64,000 nucleotides of DNA from Geopsychrobacteraceae bacterium (GTDB lineage Bacteria; Desulfobacterota; Desulfuromonadia; Desulfuromonadales; Geopsychrobacteraceae): contig CAXXTB010000002.1 of the NCBI GenBank assembly GCA_963676795.2, forward strand, positions 1,056,001-1,120,000, read 5' to 3'. Positions 1 through 9,556 of this stretch are shown piece after piece. Within the stretch, counting starts at the first letter, position 1. Each line of letters opens with the position of its first letter. Made by a program: the position numbers and the translations under genes. The notes beneath the pieces are model-generated. The model was not told where the DNA came from, did not search any database, and saw nothing but the letters and a program-made list of their open reading frames with translations.

Positions 1-158
1 CCCTGAACTGCGGTCCGGATGGGCTTTCCCTGGCGGACAAAAAACGGATTCTGCAGGATAACCTGCTGCTCTGGATGCTGCACAAATGGGTCTGGGCCTT
101 GCCGGAAGGGGAGAACGCCCAGAAATGGTTCGGCCGCTATACTCAACGCATGATGTAG
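1..158 (+). CDS. 3' end of a CDS truncated by the window edge, hypothetical
   Basis: Frame 3 is open from position 3 (LNCGPDGLSLADKKRILQDNLLLWMLHKWVWALPEGENAQKWFGRYTQRMM) to TAG at 156-158; family not recognised. Confidence 0.55.
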   Translation, partial: LNCGPDGLSLADKKRILQDNLLLWMLHKWVWALPEGENAQKWFGRYTQRMM

Positions 159-437
159 CGGCAGGTGATTATGCTTGGTCCCTCTGCTTCCTGAGAGTTT
201 TCGGCGCATCCTCATATAAGAAACCTGGTTATCGACTTGGCTGGAGTAAACCGGGTATCCAGAAAAGAGTATTTGCTGATTTAATCGCCGGTCCATGCTG
301 CGTTTGTGACGGGATCGGTTAAAATTGTAGAGCAGGGCGCAACAGGTCTCACTTCCCGTCTACTTCATAGCGACAACTTAAGATCTGCCCCTGGCACTTC
401 GTTCGAGCTGCTTATTTTTGCTCTGAAGGAGGAGCCG

Positions 438-1382
438 ATGGCGTGGGAATACAGTGACAAGGTGCTGCAGCTTTTCGCGGATGCCGTTCAGGGAAAACCT
501 GGCACCCATATGGGGGAACTGGCCGAGGCGGACGGCGTTGGCGAATACGGTTCTATCGTCTGTGGCGATGCCTTGCGTTTATTCTTTCGTGTCAAACCTC
601 ATCCGACCGACCCCAGCCGGGACCAGATCGTTCTGGCCCGTTTCCTGACCTTTGGCTGTACCTCGGCCATAGCCTCATCGGAGGCTCTCTGTGCGCTGCT
701 CGAAGAGCGCCAGCCGACACCGCTCGATGCGCTGAATCTCACCAACCGGGACCTGATCGACTATCTCGACGGGCTGCCGCCGGCCAAAATTCACTGTTCC
801 GTCATGGGGGCCGAGGCGCTGCGGGCTGCGGTTGTCGACTGGGCGGCTCACCGCGGGGTTGATCTGAGTTCGGTCCTGTCGGAGCCAATGACCGAGAAGG
901 AAATGGAGGGGCGGCTGGTGTGTAAATGCTTTTCCATCACCGAACCCTATCTGCGGCGCAAGATTGGCGAGTTGAAGTTGCGCAGTATCGAACAGATTAC
1001 CGCCGCACTCAAGGCGGGTGGAGCTTGCGGCAGCTGTCAGCGTGCCCCCGGCGGTCTGCAGGATCTTCTTGACGAGTACTGGGGGGAGACGGCCGCAGAG
1101 GTCGGGCATATTTCCTCCGCGAACGGGCGCAAGGACGAGGAATCCCTGTCCCCCTGGCAACGTGGCAAGGAGATTGAACGGTTGATCGCGACGGTTATCC
1201 GTCCGCAGTTGCAGAAAGATGGAGGGGATATCGAGCTGATCGATATCAAGGATAATCTGGTTTATTGTCGGCTTAGCGGGGTCTGTGCGAACTGTCCCGC
1301 AGCCGGGCAGACCCTGCAGCTGGTTGTTGAGCAGCAGTTGAAAGAGCGGATCGATAAGCGTTTGCGGGTCATCGAACTCTGA
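438..1382 (+). CDS. nifU: Fe-S cluster assembly scaffold NifU (IscU + BFD-like [2Fe-2S] + Nfu domains)
   Basis: Motifs GSIVCGDALRL, FGCTSAIASS, KIHCSVMG, CKCF...CGSC and DGGDIEL...CANC; AAGGAGG RBS before ATG 438. Confidence 0.93.
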   Translation: MAWEYSDKVLQLFADAVQGKPGTHMGELAEADGVGEYGSIVCGDALRLFFRVKPHPTDPSRDQIVLARFLTFGCTSAIASSEALCALLEERQPTPLDALNLTNRDLIDYLDGLPPAKIHCSVMGAEALRAAVVDWAAHRGVDLSSVLSEPMTEKEMEGRLVCKCFSITEPYLRRKIGELKLRSIEQITAALKAGGACGSCQRAPGGLQDLLDEYWGETAAEVGHISSANGRKDEESLSPWQRGKEIERLIATVIRPQLQKDGGDIELIDIKDNLVYCRLSGVCANCPAAGQTLQLVVEQQLKERIDKRLRVIEL

Positions 1383-1405
1383 TGCCTGAACGCAGGAGGC
1401 GTGTC

Positions 1406-2614
1406 ATGAAGCTGGTTTATGCCGACAATAATGCGACCACCGCCATCGCTCCTGAGGTCGTAACGGCGATGCAGCCCTACCTGACAGCGGATTATTTCAA
1501 TCCGAGCTCGATGTATGCCGCTGCACAGGAACCGGCCGCGGCGCTTGAACGGGCGCGGGCAATCATCGCCTGCGGTCTGGGCGGAATCGATCCGGGGCAA
1601 CTGATCTTTACCGGTTCGGCCACAGAGAGCAACAACAGCGCCATCTTCGGTAGCGTTCTCGCCAATTCGCAGCGGCGTCATCTGATGACCACCGCCGTCG
1701 AACATCCATCGGTTCTCGAAGTCTGTAAAGAGCTGCAGCGGCGTGGACATGAGGTGACTTTCCTCGGGGTCGACCGACAGGGTGGGTTGAATCTGGACGA
1801 GTTTGTCAGAGCTCTGCGCAGAGACACCCTGCTGGTCAGTGTCATGCTTGCCAATAACGAAACTGGCGTCATTTATCCGCTCGCCCGCCTGGCCCGGATC
1901 GTCAAACAGACCGACCCCGCGATCATCGTTCACTGCGATGCCACGCAGGGGATCGGCAAGGTCCCGGTTGACCTCGCCAGGGAGCTGCGAGACGTCGACC
2001 TGCTCTCCTTTTCCGGCCATAAAATTCATGCTCCCAAGGGGGTTGGTGCTCTATTTGTCCGAAAAGGGACCCGCTGGCGCCCTTATATACTAGGCGGACA
2101 TCAGGAACAGGGCCGGCGGGCAGGCACAGAGAATGTTGCCTATATCGTCGGCCTGGCCAAGGCCTGCGAACTGGCTGTTGCCGGGATCGCTGATGAGCAG
2201 ACGCGGGTACGCGGTTTGCGCGACCGTCTGCAGTTGGAGCTCTGTCAGCGGATACCGGAACTTGAGGTCAACGGTGCCGGATCGCCGCGTCTGCCGAATA
2301 CCCTCAACCTTGCCGTCCACGGCATCGAAGGGGAAGCAATTCTCTACGAGTTGAGCCGGGCTGGGATCTGTGCCTCCAGTGGTTCGGCCTGTACCTCAGG
2401 TTCGCTCAGCCCTTCCCACGTATTGCAGGCGATGCAGGTTCCATTCAGTGCTATCCACGGGTCGCTGCGCTTCAGCCTGAGCCGCTACAACGATGAGGAG
2501 GACATTGACCGGATTATCGAGGCCCTGCCGGATATTGTGGCCCGGCTGCGCCGACTTTCCCCTTATTGGGATGATGAGAGAAATTGTCTGAAGCTGTCCG
2601 CTGGAGAGTCATGA
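1406..2614 (+). CDS. nifS: Cysteine desulfurase NifS/IscS
   Basis: YADNNATT, SGHKIHAPKGVG (PLP Lys) and SSGSACTS (catalytic Cys); AGGAGG before ATG 1406; follows nifU. Confidence 0.95.
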   Translation: MKLVYADNNATTAIAPEVVTAMQPYLTADYFNPSSMYAAAQEPAAALERARAIIACGLGGIDPGQLIFTGSATESNNSAIFGSVLANSQRRHLMTTAVEHPSVLEVCKELQRRGHEVTFLGVDRQGGLNLDEFVRALRRDTLLVSVMLANNETGVIYPLARLARIVKQTDPAIIVHCDATQGIGKVPVDLARELRDVDLLSFSGHKIHAPKGVGALFVRKGTRWRPYILGGHQEQGRRAGTENVAYIVGLAKACELAVAGIADEQTRVRGLRDRLQLELCQRIPELEVNGAGSPRLPNTLNLAVHGIEGEAILYELSRAGICASSGSACTSGSLSPSHVLQAMQVPFSAIHGSLRFSLSRYNDEEDIDRIIEALPDIVARLRRLSPYWDDERNCLKLSAGES

Positions 2615-2715
2615 CCGAAGCTGCAATGGTTCTATGGAGGAGGGAAGTCTACAGTTACCGCAAACCGACAGCGGGTGTTCATGAGACACCCTGGTTCCTT
2701 GGCAGGGAGGAAGAT

Positions 2716-3234
2716 ATGCAAAAAGATACGAGGAAATTTGGTATCAGCGACAAACGAGGACGTTATAACACCAGCAACGATCCCTACCTGGATGATTCCG
2801 GTCTGGCTGAACCATCACTGTGCCGTGTCTGCGGTGCAGTCTATCAGAAAAAACGCTGGGTGATTGATGACACGGAATCTGTACGGCTGCAACAGGGGAG
2901 CGAAACCCATCAGGTTGTCTGTCCTGCCTGTCGCAAGATCGCCGATCACTATGCCGAGGGGACAGTAACACTTCACGGAACTTATCTCTGGGAGCATGAG
3001 ACGGAGATTCGTAATATTCTGCGCAATGAGGAAAACCGGGTCATGAGCAAAAACCCGCTGGCCCGGATTATCAGCATGGAACAGGCCGACGGAAATCTGT
3101 TGATCGAGACGACAGAAGAAAAACTGGCCGAGCATCTGGGGCGGGTTTTACACAAGGCTCATCAGGGGGAATTGAAGGTCACATGGGCCTCTGACCATGC
3201 CATCTGTCGGGTCGACTGGCACCGAGACACTTGA
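2716..3234 (+). CDS. BCAM0308-family protein (CxxC...CPAC, putative Zn-binding)
   Basis: DPY...CRVCGAVYQKKRW...CPACRKIADHYAEG...NPLARII...LAEHLGRVL pattern; GGAGG before ATG 2716 (in-frame ATG 2611 overlapping the nifS stop is an alternative start). Confidence 0.75.
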   Translation: MQKDTRKFGISDKRGRYNTSNDPYLDDSGLAEPSLCRVCGAVYQKKRWVIDDTESVRLQQGSETHQVVCPACRKIADHYAEGTVTLHGTYLWEHETEIRNILRNEENRVMSKNPLARIISMEQADGNLLIETTEEKLAEHLGRVLHKAHQGELKVTWASDHAICRVDWHRDT

Positions 3235-3247
3235 GTTTGCGCAAAGT

Positions 3248-3283
3248 CCGGGCAGAGATTTCTCCGGGAGATTCTCTGCCCGG
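3248..3283. terminator. Inverted repeat / probable terminator after the nifUS-BCAM0308 unit
   Basis: CCGGGCAGAGA...TCTCTGCCCGG 11-bp stem just after the stop at 3234. Confidence 0.6.
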
Positions 3284-3419
3284 CTTCAGATTTTGCAGGG
3301 GGGCGAAACGGATTCGAGTAATTAATCGGCTCTGTAAGTCCTGTTTACCCTCTTGATTATTGTGGATATATCGAATGTCTGTTAGGGTTTACAGCGACTT
3401 AGCGACTATTGGAGGGGAT

Positions 3420-3929
3420 ATGAAAAAACTTTTGTCCGGTTTGGTTCTGATTCTGGTTGTTCTGGCGGCCGGAATCGTCATGGCAGAGGATCCAGGAGAT
3501 CACGCTCTTTCCTGTACTTACTGCGGCATGGATCTGCACCGTTTCGCTCACAGCCATATGGTTGTGGAATACGAAGATGGCGGTTCAGTCGAAACCTGCA
3601 GTATTCACTGCCTGGCTCTCGAGTTTGCCAATGCGATTGACCGGGCTCCGAAAAGGATCCTGGTCGGTGATTACAACACACGGGAGTTGATCGCAGCGGA
3701 TTCGGCGGTCTGGGTTATCGGCGGTGATCAACCCGGGGTGATGACCCGCAATCCCAAGTGGGCTTTTGCTGACAAGGGCGCAGCACAGCAGTTCATCGCC
3801 ACCCATGGCGGGGAGCTTGCTGATTTCAACCAGGCCATGCGCGCCGCTTATGTCGATATGTATGAGGATACGCTGCAGATCCGTAAAATGCGCCAGATGA
3901 AAAAAATGAAGATGCACAAGATGCAGTGA
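3420..3929 (+). CDS. NosL-family periplasmic metal-binding protein (copy 1)
   Basis: Signal peptide, CTYCGM, CSIHC, DYNT...IAADSAVWVIGGD.PGVM...AF; Met-rich C-terminus; GGAGGGG RBS. Confidence 0.8.
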   Translation: MKKLLSGLVLILVVLAAGIVMAEDPGDHALSCTYCGMDLHRFAHSHMVVEYEDGGSVETCSIHCLALEFANAIDRAPKRILVGDYNTRELIAADSAVWVIGGDQPGVMTRNPKWAFADKGAAQQFIATHGGELADFNQAMRAAYVDMYEDTLQIRKMRQMKKMKMHKMQ

Positions 3930-3936
3930 GGTCTTC

Positions 3937-4404
3937 ATGATGCGTCTCTTTCCTTTCGGCCTGGCGCTGTTATTCTTCGCCGGTCTTGCCATGGCTTCCG
4001 CCCATGAAATTAAACCTCCCGGTGAACGGGAGCGCTGTCCGGTCTGCGGGATGTTCGTTCATCCCTATCAGGAGTGGATCGCGACAATTCTCTATGACGA
4101 TGGAACGCAGGTCTATTTCGACGGCTGCAAAGATCTGTTTACCTTCTATTTTGGTTTGTCCTCGGAACAGCAGCAGACGATCCAACAGATTTATGTCACC
4201 GAATATTATTCGACCGAACTGATGCCCGCTGATCAGGTCTTCTATATCCTTGGTAGCGATGTTTTCGGACCGATGGGCAAGGAACTGATTCCGGTCAGTG
4301 GCGAGGCTGCGGCTAAAGAATTTTTTCAGGACCATCAGGGGCGCGCGATTCTGCGTTACTCTGAGCTGTCGCCGGAAACTCTGAAATCGAAGGATCTGAG
4401 ATAG
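3937..4404 (+). CDS. NosL-family periplasmic metal-binding protein (copy 2)
   Basis: Signal peptide, CPVCGMFV, YFDGCKDLF, GSDVFGPMGKELIP, F..DHQG motifs typical of NosL. Confidence 0.85.
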   Translation: MMRLFPFGLALLFFAGLAMASAHEIKPPGERERCPVCGMFVHPYQEWIATILYDDGTQVYFDGCKDLFTFYFGLSSEQQQTIQQIYVTEYYSTELMPADQVFYILGSDVFGPMGKELIPVSGEAAAKEFFQDHQGRAILRYSELSPETLKSKDLR

Positions 4405-4406
4405 TC

Positions 4407-4736
4407 ATGGTCCGTTATCGGTTTTTCGGGGTTGTGCTGCTTGCGCTCTGTATTGGCCTGGTGGCGATCCTGATGATCAGTTCTTCAGCTAACACGACCT
4501 CTGTCGGCTTTGCCGAGGGGAAACGCCGCCTGGTCGATACTCTGGGGCTGACCGATCTGGCGCTCTGCAGTGAGGCCCGTTATACGCGTAATCCGTCACA
4601 GGCCGATCTGTTTTCCGCTTTTCAGGATTTTCCCGGTTCTATCGAGCATTTTCCGACCGGCTCGCTGATTCTGCCGGGTCCGGTCGGTTTCAGCGGAACG
4701 TTGCAGATCGTCCCTGCTACGGGAGAGGATTTCTGA
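4407..4736 (+). CDS. Small membrane-anchored hypothetical protein
   Basis: N-terminal TM helix then LGLTDLALCSEARYTRNPSQADLFSAFQDFPGSIEHFPTGS; stop overlaps the next start. Confidence 0.75.
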   Translation: MVRYRFFGVVLLALCIGLVAILMISSSANTTSVGFAEGKRRLVDTLGLTDLALCSEARYTRNPSQADLFSAFQDFPGSIEHFPTGSLILPGPVGFSGTLQIVPATGEDF

Positions 4737-5896
4737 TGCAACGACCAGTGAACCTTCTCGAATTCACCCTGGGCAGCCTGTGGCGCAGGAAGTACAAACA
4801 TCTGGCCCTGATCCTTGTCTACGCCCTGATTGTCGCGACACTCGGCTCGGTGCTTTTTTTGACCACGGCGTTGAAACATGAGGCGACGGTGAGTCTTGTT
4901 GATGCTCCTGAGATTGTCGTCCAGCGGATTGTCGCCGGTCGCCATGATCTGACCCCGGTGAGTGCCGCTGCCCTGATTGAAAAGTTTCCCGGAGTGGCAG
5001 CGGTCACCCCGCGCGTCTGGGGCTACTATTACGATTCCCTGATCAGGGCCAACCTGACCTTGATCGGTCTGAGCGGCCAGCACCAGCACCTGGACCTGCT
5101 GGAAGGCCGGTTGCCCGAGCAGGCAACGGAATGTGCCATCGGCCAGGGGGTTGCTGAGGCTTTCGGACCGGGACTTGGCGATCTCCTGGTCCTGGAGAAC
5201 AGCGCTAAACAGCGGGCCGAATATCGGATTACCGGGTTGTTCCGCGCCGAATCAAACCTGCTGACCAATGATCTTGTCGTCATGAGCGATGCTGCTATCC
5301 GGCAGTTTTTTTCAATCGATGACTCCCTGGCCACAGACCTGGCGGTCAGGGTCCGCAACCCGCGTGAAATCGGCACTATCGCCAAGAAGATCAGCTACAC
5401 TCTGCCGCGCAGCCGACCGATCACCAGGGATGAGATCATGCATACCTACGACACGCTGTTTAACTGGCGCAGTGGCATGCTTCTCGCGGTTTCAGTTGCC
5501 GCCCTGATCGCCTTCTGTATCCTCGCCTGGGACCGGGCGACCGGCTTGAATGCGGAAGAGAAACGCGAAATCGGTGTGCTCAAAGCGATCGGCTGGGAGA
5601 CCTCGGATATCCTTGGCATCAAGTTCTGGGAAGGGCTGGTGATTTCCGTGACCGCGTTCCTGCTTGGCGTCATTGCCGCCTGGCTCCATGTCTTTGTCCT
5701 TGGCGCACCGGCGCTGACCCCGTTGCTCAAAGGCTGGTCGGTGCTTTTTCCGGAATTCAGGCTGACGGCCGTTATCGACTATTATCAGCTGCTGGTTCTC
5801 GCCGTGCTCAGCATTGTGCCTTACCTGGTCTGTACCCTGGTGCCGTCGTGGAAGGCCGCAGTGACCGACCCGGAACAGATCCTGAGGGGGGAATGA
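4736..5896 (+). CDS. ABC transporter permease, MacB/FtsX/LolE family
   Basis: TM1, large periplasmic domain, three C-terminal TMs; EKREIGVLKAIGW and PSWKAAVTDP motifs. Confidence 0.9.
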   Translation: MQRPVNLLEFTLGSLWRRKYKHLALILVYALIVATLGSVLFLTTALKHEATVSLVDAPEIVVQRIVAGRHDLTPVSAAALIEKFPGVAAVTPRVWGYYYDSLIRANLTLIGLSGQHQHLDLLEGRLPEQATECAIGQGVAEAFGPGLGDLLVLENSAKQRAEYRITGLFRAESNLLTNDLVVMSDAAIRQFFSIDDSLATDLAVRVRNPREIGTIAKKISYTLPRSRPITRDEIMHTYDTLFNWRSGMLLAVSVAALIAFCILAWDRATGLNAEEKREIGVLKAIGWETSDILGIKFWEGLVISVTAFLLGVIAAWLHVFVLGAPALTPLLKGWSVLFPEFRLTAVIDYYQLLVLAVLSIVPYLVCTLVPSWKAAVTDPEQILRGE

Positions 5897-6582
5897 TGAG
5901 CTGTCTGCGCGCGGTCAATGTCCGTAAACTTTATCACGCCGGCCGGCCCGACGAGACCTGCGCTCTCGACCAGGTCTCCGTGACGATTGATGCTGGAGAG
6001 GTTGTCGTTCTGGCCGGACCGAGCGGTTCGGGGAAAACCACTCTGCTCAGCCTGCTCGGTTGTATGGCCCGGCCAACCTCCGGCGAGGTTTTCCTCGGGG
6101 AACGCAGTGTCGGACGCCTTCAGGAGCATTTTCTGGCCCGGCTACGCCGTGAACATTTCGGGTTCGTTTTTCAGCAGTATCAGTTGCTGGGCGGGCTCAG
6201 CGTTCTCGACAATGTTATGCTGCCGCTTTATCCGGCTGGAATGGCTCTAAGCAAGATCAGGTTGCGTGCTGAAGAGCTTCTTGACCGCTTCGAACTGCGC
6301 GACAAGAAGCATAAGACAATTGCCCAGTTGTCCGGTGGCGAGCAGCAGCGGGTGGCGATTTCGCGCGCGCTGATTGCTGATCCCAAGGTTCTGATTGCCG
6401 ATGAGCCGACCGCTCACCTCGATCAGGAACTGGCCGGGCGTTTGCTTGCGCATCTCGCTGAACTGAAGGCTGAGGGGAAAACCATTCTTATCGCCAGCCA
6501 CGATCCCTCTGTCATCAACGCAGGGTTGATCGATCGTCAGGTATTGTTGCGCCATGGCCAGCTGGAAACAGGTGAGCGCTGA
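5893..6582 (+). CDS. ABC transporter ATP-binding protein, LolD/MacB-like
   Basis: Walker A GPSGSGKTT, GFVFQQY, LSGGEQQRVAISRAL, ADEPTAHLD, SHD. Confidence 0.95.
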   Translation: MMSCLRAVNVRKLYHAGRPDETCALDQVSVTIDAGEVVVLAGPSGSGKTTLLSLLGCMARPTSGEVFLGERSVGRLQEHFLARLRREHFGFVFQQYQLLGGLSVLDNVMLPLYPAGMALSKIRLRAEELLDRFELRDKKHKTIAQLSGGEQQRVAISRALIADPKVLIADEPTAHLDQELAGRLLAHLAELKAEGKTILIASHDPSVINAGLIDRQVLLRHGQLETGER

Positions 6583-7583
6583 TGATCCTCCATCCGGGGA
6601 TTCTCGCTCTGCTGCTCGGGTCGCTCCTGATCCTGGCAATCATGCTGTTGGCGAGCCTGCAGTCGGTGAAGATCCTGCTGAACTGGGATCGCAGCAGCAG
6701 TTCCGAACGGCAGCTGAGTCTTGAGCGCAGAACCTGGCTGGTATCAATCCTGGTCAATTTTGCTCTGGCGTTTCAGATTATCACACTCATTCTTTTCGTC
6801 GCGACGGCTGAGGATATTCATCGTCTGTTTGTCGGGGCCATGTGTGCAACCGGAGCCCTGAATGCCAACCTGATCGGCTGGCTGGTGCTGCTTGTCAAAG
6901 GGCTGCTGGCTTTTCTCTCTAGCTTCTGGGTGATCTTCAACCGGATCGATCAGCGCTGCGAATCAAGTCCCCTGATCCGCAAAAAATATGCGGCGTTGCT
7001 CGTTCTGACTCCTTTGATTGGCGTCGACCTGTATCTGCAGTGGCGCTATTTCTCTGGGTTGCAACCGGAGATGATCACCTCCTGTTGCGGCTCACTGTTC
7101 AGTGCTTCAGGCGACAGCGTCGCCAGTGAACTGGTTGCCATGCCGGTCGGAGAGGCGATGACGCTGTTCTTTGCCATGATCTTTGTTTATCTGGTTTGCT
7201 GGGGGTGGGTTCGTTTCCGTCCGTCCTCGCCAGCGAGAAATACCTTCTTCATCGCCAGTCTGCTGTTTTTCTTTATCTCCCTTGGTGCTGTGATCTCGTT
7301 TATCTCCCTCTATATCTATCAGATGCCGACCCATCATTGTCCCTTCGATATGCTGCAGGGACACTACTATTTTATTGGCTATCCGCTCTACGCTGCCCTG
7401 TTTGTCGGCTCTTTCTTCGGCATGCTACCAGGGCTGACCAACCCGCTGCGCAACATTGCGGAAGTGTGCGAACTGCTGATCAGAGCCGAACGAAGCTGGT
7501 TGACCGTTTCTCTTGGCGGAGTTGTTCTGTTTCTGCTGCTTGCCTGCTGGCCGATGCTGTTTGGTCCTCTCAAATTGCTTTAG
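6582..7583 (+). CDS. Polytopic membrane protein with Cys/His motifs, hypothetical
   Basis: About 8 hydrophobic segments; GAMCATG, ITSCCGSLF and YIYQMPTHHCPFDML motifs; start overlaps the ATPase stop. Confidence 0.8.
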   Translation: MILHPGILALLLGSLLILAIMLLASLQSVKILLNWDRSSSSERQLSLERRTWLVSILVNFALAFQIITLILFVATAEDIHRLFVGAMCATGALNANLIGWLVLLVKGLLAFLSSFWVIFNRIDQRCESSPLIRKKYAALLVLTPLIGVDLYLQWRYFSGLQPEMITSCCGSLFSASGDSVASELVAMPVGEAMTLFFAMIFVYLVCWGWVRFRPSSPARNTFFIASLLFFFISLGAVISFISLYIYQMPTHHCPFDMLQGHYYFIGYPLYAALFVGSFFGMLPGLTNPLRNIAEVCELLIRAERSWLTVSLGGVVLFLLLACWPMLFGPLKLL

Positions 7584-7744
7584 GAGAGTTTTTTGTGGTG
7601 GTTGGTCTTGATGAGAAGGGCATATTGTAATTTAATGACTGTGTTTCTTAAAAGATGTGAAAAGGATGATTGTCTGGCTGTTTCATCCATGCTCCGACGT
7701 CATGCTGTAATCGATCTCGATAGTTAGAATCTCGGACAGGGAAT

Positions 7745-9010
7745 ATGAACTCGACTTTTTTGACTGGCTTATTTACCAACCTCGGTTTGAACGCTGAAAC
7801 AGCGGCACTGTTTTCCATGGCCTCAATCTTCCTGATTGTGCTTCTGGTGACGATCCTGATCACTCTGAAACTCAGGACTGTGATCGTTTCGCTTCTTTTG
7901 AAATGGATCCATAATAATAATTATTCGTTTGACGATCTGTTGGCGAACAATCGTGTCATCAATATCCTCAGCTGGTTTATTCCGCTGGTTGTCGCCAATA
8001 TTCTGCTCGACATGCTGGTACCGGCCGATCTGGCGATCTATGCCATAGCCAAACGTCTGTTCAAGGTTCTCTCGATATTTCTGATTGTCCTTGGCGTCAA
8101 TGGGCTGTTCGGGACGATCGTTGATATCGTCAGAATCAGACGCCCGAAGCGTGCCGAACTTCTTAAAGGGTTGGTCGATGCCGGGCGGATCGCCTGTTTT
8201 GTCCTCGGCATTATTTTTGTCGTTTCGGTGCTGAGCGGGGTGACTCCCTGGGGGATTGTTTCAGTGCTTGGCGGCTTGACGGCCGTGACCCTGCTGATCT
8301 TCAAGGATACGATCCTCGGCTTTGTCGCCAGCCTGCAGCTGTCGATGACCGACATGGTCCGCGTCGGCGACTGGATTGAGATGCCGTCCTATGGAGCCGA
8401 TGGCGATGTCATTGATATGTCGATCCATACGGTTCGAGTCCAGAACTGGGACAAGACGATCACCTCGATTCCGACTTACGCGCTGGTGTCCAATTCGTTC
8501 AAGAACTGGAGAGGAATGTCAGAATCGGGCGGGCGGCGGATCAAACGCTCCATGCTGATCGACATCAGCAGTATCCGTTTTTGCGACAGCGATATGCTGG
8601 CCAGGTTTGGCAAGATCGATTTTCTCAAAGACTACCTGAAACAGAAACAGGAGGAGATCGAGCAGTACAATCTGGGGTTGAACCACGAAGGTGGTGATGA
8701 GCTGCTGATCAACGGGCGCAGGCAGACCAATATCGGGGTTTTTCGCGCCTATGTTGTCGCTTATCTGCGCAACAATCCGCTGATCTCACAGGATATGACC
8801 TTTCTGGTCCGCCAGCTTCCTCCTGACGAAAAGGGGCTCCCACTGGAGATTTATGTTTTCAGCAAGGAACAGCGCTGGGCACATTACGAAGCGTTGCAGG
8901 CCGATATTTTCGATCATCTGCTGGCCGCTCTGCCGACCTTTGGCCTGAGGGTTTTTCAGAATCCGAGCGGCAATGATTTTGCAAAAGGTTTTCGCTCAGC
9001 GCCAGAATGA
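7745..9010 (+). CDS. Mechanosensitive ion channel, MscS family (YbdG-like)
   Basis: FKDTILGFVASLQL, GDWIEMPSYGADGDV, VQNWDKTI, FKNWRGMSESGGRRIKRS, QADIFDHLLA. Confidence 0.92.
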   Translation: MNSTFLTGLFTNLGLNAETAALFSMASIFLIVLLVTILITLKLRTVIVSLLLKWIHNNNYSFDDLLANNRVINILSWFIPLVVANILLDMLVPADLAIYAIAKRLFKVLSIFLIVLGVNGLFGTIVDIVRIRRPKRAELLKGLVDAGRIACFVLGIIFVVSVLSGVTPWGIVSVLGGLTAVTLLIFKDTILGFVASLQLSMTDMVRVGDWIEMPSYGADGDVIDMSIHTVRVQNWDKTITSIPTYALVSNSFKNWRGMSESGGRRIKRSMLIDISSIRFCDSDMLARFGKIDFLKDYLKQKQEEIEQYNLGLNHEGGDELLINGRRQTNIGVFRAYVVAYLRNNPLISQDMTFLVRQLPPDEKGLPLEIYVFSKEQRWAHYEALQADIFDHLLAALPTFGLRVFQNPSGNDFAKGFRSAPE

Positions 9011-9077
9011 TAGTTCGGCCTGGTTTTGTCCGAATTGATCTATGTCATCAGGAGGAGTGGCGCTTTTTTGGGACAAA

Positions 9078-9452
9078 TCAACCGGGTTTTAATTTGTCGC
9101 GCAATGCGGCGAACGGCAAATGTGACAGTGCGGTTGACTTGTTCCGGTTCTCAAGATCATTGTCGCGCTGATCCTGAATGCCTCGCGTATGCTCATGTTC
9201 GTGGCAGTAGATGCACAACAGTTCCCAGTTACTGCCGTCGGGCGGATTGTTGTCGTGATTGTGATCCTTATGGTGGACCGTCAGTTCCCGGACATTTTTT
9301 CCTTCAAACTCTCTGGTGCAGCGGGCACAGACCCAAGGGAACAGCTTGAGTGCCTTTTCGCGGTAGCTGGCAGCACGTTGCCGTTCCTCTTTGATGATCG
9401 AATCGATCAGGGCCTGTTGCTCTGTGTCACTTCTTTTCCTGTCGCCGGCCAT
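9078..9452 (-). CDS. YajD-family HNH nuclease
   Basis: YREKALKLFPWVCARC...ELTVHHKDHNHDNNPPDGSNWELLCIYCHEHEH. Confidence 0.88.
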   Translation of the reverse strand: MAGDRKRSDTEQQALIDSIIKEERQRAASYREKALKLFPWVCARCTREFEGKNVRELTVHHKDHNHDNNPPDGSNWELLCIYCHEHEHTRGIQDQRDNDLENRNKSTALSHLPFAALRDKLKPG

Positions 9453-9556
9453 GTCATATCCATTTCGTTTTTTCGTTCAGGGTCTTTACACAGCGTTCTT
9501 TCATTGATTAGCTTTATTATAATCAGTTTTGTTGCTCTTCTGCACGCGAGGTGACG

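Noticed and set aside
392..407. TGGCAC upstream of nifU as a sigma54 promoter
   Set aside because: The -12 position reads GA instead of the near-invariant GC
438..2614. nifU/nifS as evidence for nitrogen fixation
   Set aside because: No nifHDK in the window; NIF-type Fe-S systems serve housekeeping roles in many anaerobes
3420..4404. NosL genes as evidence of N2O reduction
   Set aside because: No nosZ, nosD, nosF or nosY nearby, and the ABC transporter is MacB/LolDE-type rather than NosFY
9078..9452. HNH protein as a mobile homing endonuclease or defence nuclease
   Set aside because: It matches the small conserved YajD-type family and has no intron, repeat or defence-gene context
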